This document shows positions 17,970-25,900 of a stretch of 64,000 bases of DNA, one piece after another. The translations under genes and the position numbers were made by a program. Source of the DNA: Bacteroidales bacterium (lineage in GTDB: Bacteria > Bacteroidota > Bacteroidia > Bacteroidales > WCHB1-69); the NCBI GenBank assembly GCA_017962275.1, contig JAGCVQ010000089.1:62-64061 (forward strand), written 5' to 3'. The number at the start of each line of letters is the position of its first letter. Position 1 is the first letter of the stretch. The notes under the pieces are model-generated. The model saw only the letters and a program-made list of their open reading frames with translations. It made no database searches and was not told the DNA's origin.

Positions 17970-18266
17970 ATGAGCACGGAAATGATAGAGACCATCCGCG
18001 AGTATTTCAAGACCCAGCCGGTGTTGAAGGCTTGGATCTTCGGTTCGTATGCGCGTGGGGAGGAAACGGAGGACAGTGACGTGGACATTTTGGTGGTATA
18101 TGATGACAGCAAGCCGGTTGGATTGATGAAAATAGCCAACATGTACGTCAATTTGAAAAAACTCCTCCATAGGGAAGTTGATCTCGTTGAAGAGGGTACG
18201 CTTTTGCCATTTGCGGTTGAAAGTGCAAATCGTGATAAAAAACTGATCTATGAGAGAGCCTGTTAG
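17970..18266 (+). CDS. mntA: Minimal nucleotidyltransferase antitoxin (MntA-like)
   Basis: FGSYARGEETEDSDVDILVVYDD matches the GS-x10-DxD NTase motif. ATG 17970 lies 21 nt after the -7 box at 17941-17948. The 3' end overlaps the next gene by 17 nt. Confidence 0.85.
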   Translation: MSTEMIETIREYFKTQPVLKAWIFGSYARGEETEDSDVDILVVYDDSKPVGLMKIANMYVNLKKLLHREVDLVEEGTLLPFAVESANRDKKLIYERAC

Positions 18267-18603
18267 AGACAAAGAACGACTTCATCACATCTATGATGCC
18301 ATTAGTAGGATTCAAGGCAGAATTCCAACGTTAAATCTGGAAAGTTTACTTCAGGATGTATTAATCTATTATGGTGTCGTAAAAAACATTGAAATCATCG
18401 GAGAGGCCGTTTATAAACTCTCCAAGGAATTCAAGGAGGAGCATACTATGACCGCATGGGAGGATATTGAAGGTATGCGGCACGTGCTTGTGCATGACTA
18501 TTACAACATACAACCGGGGCGTGTGCTCCATGTTATAGAGAACGACCTCCCTCCTCTCAAAGCCCAAATTGAACAATATCTGTCCGAAATGGACGAACAA
18601 TAG
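18250..18603 (+). CDS. hepT: HEPN/DUF86 RNase toxin (HepT-like)
   Basis: It contains KNIEIIGEAVYKL and the Rx4HxY motif (MRHVLVHDYY). At 117 aa it is translationally coupled to the upstream NTase gene. Confidence 0.85.
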   Translation: MREPVRDKERLHHIYDAISRIQGRIPTLNLESLLQDVLIYYGVVKNIEIIGEAVYKLSKEFKEEHTMTAWEDIEGMRHVLVHDYYNIQPGRVLHVIENDLPPLKAQIEQYLSEMDEQ

Positions 18604-18611
18604 AATACTAT

Positions 18612-18675
18612 AACCCCCAATTTTTCACCAACCCCAAAAGAACACCAAAAGAGTGATTGAAATTATAACAGATTG
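18612..18675 (+). repeat. Left copy of a ~64-nt direct repeat bracketing the rayT/REP cassette
   Basis: The sequence AACCCCCAATTTTTCACCAACCCCAAAAGAACACCAAAAGAGTGATTGAAATTATAACAGATTG is about 80% identical to 19694-19758 by eye. Confidence 0.7.
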
Positions 18676-18736
18676 GCGGGGTTATAGAACGACAGATTAT
18701 TGCCATCCGCGGAGAAATGTGACGATTATCCCACGT

Positions 18737-18766
18737 TGTAGAGACGCAAAATTTTGCGTCTCTACA
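18737..18766. repeat. REP type A, perfect 30-nt palindrome
   Basis: The sequence is TGTAGAGACGCAAAATTTTGCGTCTCTACA. It lies about 100 nt upstream of rayT. Confidence 0.9.
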
Positions 18767-18868
18767 CAGGGTGTAAACCGATCCTGTTTACCTCAATTGT
18801 CGAAAAAAAGAAAACCCTTGAACAAATAAAACGTTGATTTAGCCGTCAGAACCTTAAAAACGAAAACA

Positions 18869-19462
18869 ATGACAAACGAATTATTCAAGAACCGGTATCG
18901 CATACCGTCCGCACGCGCACCTTGGCATGATTACAGGCACGGAACCTATTTCGTGACCATCTGTACAAAAAACAGAGAACATTCTTTCGGGGAAATCACA
19001 AACGATGCCACTGGAAATCACATAATGAGTCTGTCGGAAATTGGCAAAAATGCCGATGTGTGCTGGCAAGAAATCCCATCGCATTTCCCGCACGTCCAAA
19101 CGTTGTCTCGGGTAATCATGCCCAACCATATTCATGGGATTTTGACCATTAACCCCATCGAAGGGACGCGAAATTTTGCGTCTCTACAACCGGGAGAATC
19201 GCAACAGAATGGGCAAACACGACAAACCAACAACGTCATCGTGCCAAACAACCGATTCGGCCCTCAATCGAGAAATCTGGCATCGGTGATGCGCGGATTC
19301 AAAATCGGTGTCACCAAATTCTCACGGCAAAACCGAATTCCGTTTGAATGGCAGCCTCGATATTACGAACACCTCATCCGAAACATGGACGAGTTGTATT
19401 TCATCATGGATTACATTGAAAACAACGTGGCTAAATGGGAGGAGGACGGATTTTATGGGTGA
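18869..19462 (+). CDS. rayT: REP-associated tyrosine transposase (RayT; IS200/IS605-like Y1 HUH enzyme)
   Basis: It contains GTYFVTICTKNREHSFG, the HUH motif MPNHIHGIL and the catalytic-Tyr region RYYEHLIRN. REP palindromes flank it on both sides. Confidence 0.85.
   Translation: MTNELFKNRYRIPSARAPWHDYRHGTYFVTICTKNREHSFGEITNDATGNHIMSLSEIGKNADVCWQEIPSHFPHVQTLSRVIMPNHIHGILTINPIEGTRNFASLQPGESQQNGQTRQTNNVIVPNNRFGPQSRNLASVMRGFKIGVTKFSRQNRIPFEWQPRYYEHLIRNMDELYFIMDYIENNVAKWEEDGFYG
19160..19188. repeat. REP type A copy embedded in frame inside the rayT CDS
   Basis: The sequence is GAAGGGACGCGAAATTTTGCGTCTCTACA. The right arm matches 15/15 and the left arm is partly degenerate. It encodes EGTRNFASLQ, between the HUH and Tyr motifs. 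Confidence 0.75.
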
Positions 19463-19470
19463 CGCACGTG

Positions 19471-19497
19471 AATATTGCGGTCCCCGACCGCAATATT
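19471..19497. repeat. Perfect 12-bp hairpin directly after the rayT stop
   Basis: The sequence is AATATTGCGGTC-CCC-GACCGCAATATT. It could be a terminator or a second palindrome type. Confidence 0.6.
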
Positions 19498-19589
19498 GTA
19501 ATCCGCCCGCGGGAAACGCAACGGAACACCCACGGTGTTGAAACGTGAAACATTGCCATCTGCGGGGAAACGCAACGGAATACCCACGT

Positions 19590-19619
19590 TGTAGAGACGC
19601 ATAATTATGCGTCTCTACA
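19590..19619. repeat. REP type A, perfect palindrome with a variant centre
   Basis: The sequence is TGTAGAGACGCATAATTATGCGTCTCTACA. It lies downstream of rayT. It is preceded by a ~38-nt flank (ATTGCCATCYGCGG.GAAA...CCCACGT) that is shared with the 18737 copy. Confidence 0.9.
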
Positions 19620-19693
19620 AATTGTGCAACATCAAAATTTTCCGTAATATGACCGCAACCCAATAATTTTCGTATTTTCGCACCCTGAAATAT

Positions 19694-19758
19694 CAACCCC
19701 AATTTTTCACCAAACCCCAAAAAACATTAAAAAGAGAAACTGAAATTATAACATATTG
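19694..19758 (+). repeat. Right copy of the direct repeat bracketing the rayT/REP cassette
   Basis: The sequence is CAACCCCAATTTTTCACCAAACCCCAAAAAACATTAAAAAGAGAAACTGAAATTATAACATATTG. Confidence 0.7.
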
Positions 19759-19997
19759 ACATAAAGCGTTTTCGCTTTTCTTTGTTGCACGAGAATCTGG
19801 ACAATTTTCAGCAATACCACAGAAAGAAACGAACCGCTTGCGATGTAAATCGTGGGCTTTTTGTTTGTGGTATAGGTAGTCCAGAACCTTTCGTGCAGTA
19901 CAAAACAGGCTCACGATTTTTTTGTGTTTGTGTTGGAAGGCGGAAACGGTTTATAACCGGCTGAAATCCAATTAGTACAAACATAAAAAAGAAGAGT

Positions 19998-22900
19998 ATG
20001 AAAAAAACGAAACACTGTTTTAGCCTTCTCATTATGATGATGGGCATCATGGGACTGTTCGCGCAAGAAGCGAATAACCTTTATCCAAAAGTCAAACGTC
20101 TCGAAGGACAAGGTAATGGAGGCAATTGGCTGGAAATCACCGAACAAACACGAGACAACATCATGTCTGGCGCACCCTGGAAAGTGCAGCAAGTGGAATA
20201 TGAACATGGTGCGTCTCCAGTGGTGGTTCGGGTAACAAATCCCTCTGAACTAAAGCCTTACGAATACTATTTAAGTTTAAATGATTATGACAACTTTTGG
20301 AAACTTAAATGGTATGATTCAACTGGTACGCAACTCGGTGAGTATATGTCGCAATATACTATCGAAGAAGGGAAAGAGGAAATTGTTGAAGGACATGGCA
20401 TTGCCATAACCATGAAGAACCATCCGTTTTCCATCCATGACAAAAATTTGGCGTTTCATGTTAGCACACACGGTGGAAATACATATCAAAACTATACACA
20501 TTACGCACAACCAGATCTAATCGGATCACAAGTGATATATCATGGTGATGTTCAGTGGTTGGATGGGTTGAAAGATGCCGAAACTTCCACTCCGGACAAC
20601 TGGATTCGTGCAGGACATTACAAATCAACACATTATTGGGTATGTTACTCTGGCCAACCGAGTATGGCTGAATGTGACTACTCGAAGTGGCGCACCGAAG
20701 ATTTCTTCAATCTCTATAACACGACAACTACTTGGGGAGGGACAAATAGCACAAGAGGATACATGGACTACTACGGCCAGTATGAGCATGTGGCGCAGGG
20801 TTCATGGGCACCCTATATGCTGAGTTCTCCATACGACGGAGGTCCTAAAGCGCAATTTCTTACCAAAGACGTGATATTTGGGAACAACATGCCCTCCCCC
20901 GCCTATTACGATTTCCGTTTTCTTGAATCGGTACCCAACAGGTCAAGGTATAACCAAACATTGACAAATCTTTATTCTGTAGATATAATATTCACCCCAG
21001 ACACCTCTCTATGGACTCGTGCACTCGTCTTGGAATCCGGTTCCGGAACTGTCGAATCGAACTATAAAGTCATTCAGCATTTTAATGGACAAACTTATCA
21101 AAATATCCGACATGAACCCAAGGCCTGCCCTTCGGTCGACAAAAACGGCAATCCCGACAACAGTGGGACATACGGATTTGGTTGGTTTCCTGGATATGCC
21201 ATCAATGTGGAGACTGGCGAACGTCTCAACATTATGTTCGCCGAGAACTCCGAAGACGAATACAACCATGGTAACGACATGATTTTCAACCCTACAAATG
21301 TATATGCCTTCAGAAAAAACAATGAGGACAACTACATATTAGACGATGCCGGCAACCCTATCCCCATGACCCAAGAAGAATACAACGCGTTGTACTCCAG
21401 CTCTTTATGTGACCATGAAATCTTGGGCGAACCTTTGTACGGTGGCAGGCATTATGTTTATATTTGCGGAAGCTCCGGCAACACGTGCAATGTTGCTCAG
21501 CAACGTAACTACAATAACGATGGCTATACAACAACCGTTCAAGGAGTTAGCCACGGTGGAGTTTTTACCGGCTCAGATGGGGTGTCTTATCCGTATTACG
21601 AATGTGGAGTTTATGATGAGGGGAAATGGTTGAAGGAAAAATTCAATACCCTATACGAGACCGACTATGACAGGAACTCTCGCAAGGCTAAAAAGATGCA
21701 GGTGTTCAACAATGTAATGTGGACAGGTATCCCGATGCCGAAACAGGGGCTGGAAACAGAATGGTTGGCAAACGAGGCCACTGTCAGCATCCGAGTATCA
21801 AGACCATTCATGAAATACACATCTGCAGTGGGCACTGGACCTGATCATCCTGTTAACAACAACGCGCCCCTGTTCTCTTTTACCACCAATGATTTATATG
21901 TGGCACAAAGCCACAACCTCTTCGACTTATCTAATATCATAGTCAGTTGTGACAATCGAATTGATGTCAATAATATAGACGCACCAGTGTCGCCTCACAG
22001 TGGTGCGTGGTTCTATGATGAAGAAACTCACAATGCTGACTATGTTGTACCGAAAGGGGCTGACAAACGACCGTTATTTAATTATTCATTCTGGATGGGC
22101 GGCAAAGATGGACAAAACAACTTGCATGTTTTTGCAGAAAGATTCAGACAACAAGGCTATGAAACTTGGCCTGGACCATTATCGACCATAGACGCTTCCA
22201 TTGATGAGGAAACATTGCGAAAATGGGACCGCACTTTCAAGATAACACGAAAGGAGGTGCTGGAGTTCATGGCTTGCCGTCAAAATCCCGAATACACTGT
22301 TCCGCAGCATATCCTTGAATGGCCCGCACATGGCGATACCACTAAGGGCCAAGCCTGGTTACTTGCCCCCTTTATTGACATCGACGGTGACAACCATTAT
22401 GATCCCACACAAGGTGACTATCCTGACTTTCCAGGTGACATGGCACAATTTGTTATCTTCAACGATAATTATGCACAACACGGAGAGAGTCAAGGGGCAC
22501 CTATGGGGGTTGAGGTTCATGTGATGGTGTATGCTTTTGATGCGCCGGAAGATTCTATCATGAATAATACGCTCTTTATTAAATACAAGTTATTCAACCG
22601 TTCACAAAACGAATACCACCAGACATATATCGGCTTATGGAATGACTGGGATTTAGGTTATGCTTACGATGATTATGTGGGCTGTGATGTTATGAAGAAT
22701 ACAGCTTATTGTTACAACGGGTCTGAAATTGATGGAACTGGCCAGTATTGGGCGTACGATTCCTTATGGCCTGTGCAGACTCTCACGCTACTCTCAGGTC
22801 CGCTAATGCCCGCCGACGGACAAGACAACCCTGCTTATACCAGTAGTTCAGATTGTTCAACGTTTATGAACAATGGACTCAATGAATATGGCATAAACGG

Positions 22901-25900
22901 CACCGATGGTTTCGGGGACGGTATTGTGGATAACGAGCGCTATGGCTTGACTGGATTTGTTTATCACGCCAATGACTATTCAGTGACCAGTGATCCGCAA
23001 TTTGCAGCGGAATATTACAACTTGATGCGTGGTGTTTGGAAAGACGGATCGCATGTAAGATATGGCGGTAACGGTCATACCTCCAACGGTGGTAATGGCC
23101 CGGAGTGCAACTTCATGTTTCCCGCCCTCACAGATAACTGTAATTTAGGCACTCATGGTGTTGACCCTAACTCAAGCCAATATGGAACTGACGGATGGAC
23201 AGAAGCCAACGTGGGTAACGAACCCTCCGACCGTCGTGGCCTTGCTTCCGTGGGTCCTTTCAACCTTGAGGCAGGAGGTGTGCAGGAGTTGGAACTCTGT
23301 TTGGTGACTATTCCGCACAGTTATGCAGTGACCCCAAATGGTATAACACTTGACAGCCTTTACCGAATCAACCCGCAATACCACAGCCAACAACTCGTCA
23401 CCCCAATAGTGAATAATGTGTATGATACTATCTGCGAAGGTGACAGCATCAACTTTTTTGGGACTATATACCGTGAGGCCGGATCGTTCCCCCATTTAGT
23501 ACCCAATTCATCACACACAGACGAAATTGCAGACACGATTCACTATCTGCATCTTACTGTTACCCCAACCTATACGTTTCATGAAGTGTCAGCCTGCGAT
23601 AGCTTGGTTTGGAACGATTCAACCTATACATCCTCAATGGAATACATACAGTCATTTACTACTGAAAACGGATGTGAGTTCCAGGTAATACAACGTCTAA
23701 CGGTAACTAACACGCATAATGTGGAATACGCCTCCTTGATATGCGATGATTATTACTGGCACGGTCATCCGTATCGTGAACCAGGAACATACACATATGA
23801 GTACGTCACTGCGAACGGGTGCCAAGGAACGGACACGCTGCACCTCGAGCGTGATACCACCATAGTGAACGATACTGTATTTGGATATTACTATTATAAT
23901 TCAAACGGAACAACCATATCTATCAAAGGGCAGAAATATTTATATCAATACATAATAGCCCCGGATAAATATGCACAATGGGCGGACTCCATGTTGACAA
24001 CATTTGAGTGGATTGATAGTACATATATATCTTTGGCCTACGATTCCTCTACTAACATTGCATCGTTCAGTTATATCGAAGTGTATGATTACAGAAATTT
24101 GCCTGGAGATAATTCTATCTGGGAGGACTTCTATTTGGACAGAACTTATAAAGATAGTACCTATTACGATGTTTTTGATACTTTAACAGGCCTGTCATCA
24201 ATCGGCTGCGACTCCACTGTGGTTTGGAATACGAGAATTATGTTCAAAGACATTCAATACCTTTATAACGAAGAATGTGGAAATTATATTTGGCAAGGAG
24301 ACAGCCTTTTCATTAGTGGTACAACATCTACAGGGACGACAATAGTTGGATTTGCTTCCGGAGACTCATTAACAGAGTCTGGTACTTATTATCAGAATTT
24401 AACAAATGTAAGTGGTTCCGATTCCACTGTAACCCGATATCTTATCATACATCCCACCGTATTCGATGAAATCACCTATGTCGGTTGTGAAAACCACACA
24501 TTCAACGACATTTCATACACCGAGTCAGGCGTTTACACTTTTAATTATGACACTACATTAACGATTACTCGGAATTTGTTTTGGAATAATAATCAATATC
24601 AGTGGGGTTACTGGAATAGTTTAGGTTTGTTCTGTGCGAATAGGCCTAAAGGTTGGAGTAATCGTTATTCTTCCTATGTTGATGGTGAATACGTTCACTA
24701 TTATTATGACGCAAATGGCGTTGTTCATTATCTCAATAGTCCTGATCAGGTTGTGCAATATATGGATACCGTCAAGGCTTGCAAGTTGCTGACACTTGAC
24801 CTAACTATCAATCACTCCGTCACAAATACTTTTGAGGTTACCGCCTGCGACTCCTACACCTGGAACGACAGCACCTACACCACCTCCGGTGAGTATGTCC
24901 AGACCTTCACTTCCGCCAACGGTTGTGACTCCACCGTCACTCTGCAACTAACCATCAACGAGTCCAAACACACTGATACCACAGCTGAAAGCTGTGGCTC
25001 CTATACGTGGAACGAGACCACCTACACCTCCTCTGGCGAGTACATCCAGAACTTCACGGCGGCTAACGGGTGCGACTCCACTGTCACCCTGCAACTGACC
25101 ATCCTGCCGCTGCCGACCCCGAACATCACGGGCGTCACTACGGTGTGTGAAGGACAGACCGCCACGCTGAACGCTACGGGCGGTGTGAGCTACCTGTGGG
25201 AAGACGGCACCACGACGAACACCTACCCTGCTACCGTGAGCGGCCTCTATACCGTTACGGTTACGAACGCGGAGGGTTGCTCCGCCACGGCTTCCACCAC
25301 GGTTACGGTGAACCCGCTACCGGAAGTGGCCATCACGGGCAACACCGCCATCTGCCCCGGCGGCAGCACAGTGCTAACCGCCACGGGCGCGGACAGCTAC
25401 CAATGGAGCAACGGCAGCACCAATCCTTCCATCCCGGTGAATATGTTCGGTCAATACAGCGTTATCGGCACGAGCTCGGCTGGATGCTTCAGCACCGCCT
25501 CGGTTACCGTTTTAGTGTCGCAACCGCCGGTTATCACCATCAGCGGCAACACGGACATCTGTGCGGGCGAGAGCACCACTCTCACGGCCAACGGCGGTGT
25601 CAGCTATATGTGGAGCAACGGCAGCACCGCCGACACGTTAGTAGCCATCACTGCGGGCAACTGGCAGGTAATCGGATACAACGCAGACGGTTGCAGCAAT
25701 ATGGCCTCCGTCACGGTGAACGTCTGGCAGCCCGCTTCATCCGACCTCTACATCACGGCGTTCGACAGCTGCTATATGTGGTTCGGGACACCGCGCTGCG
25801 AGTCCGGTGACTATACCCACACATTGCAGACCATCCACGGTTGCGACTCCGTGATTATCCTGCACCTCACCCTGGAGGATGCCATCACAACGGAGTTCAG

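Noticed and set aside
25196-25810. A 204-aa + strand ORF inside the 2650-aa gene
   Set aside because: It is an out-of-frame overlap within the Ig-like repeat region. It is R/H/G-rich and is explained by the main frame.
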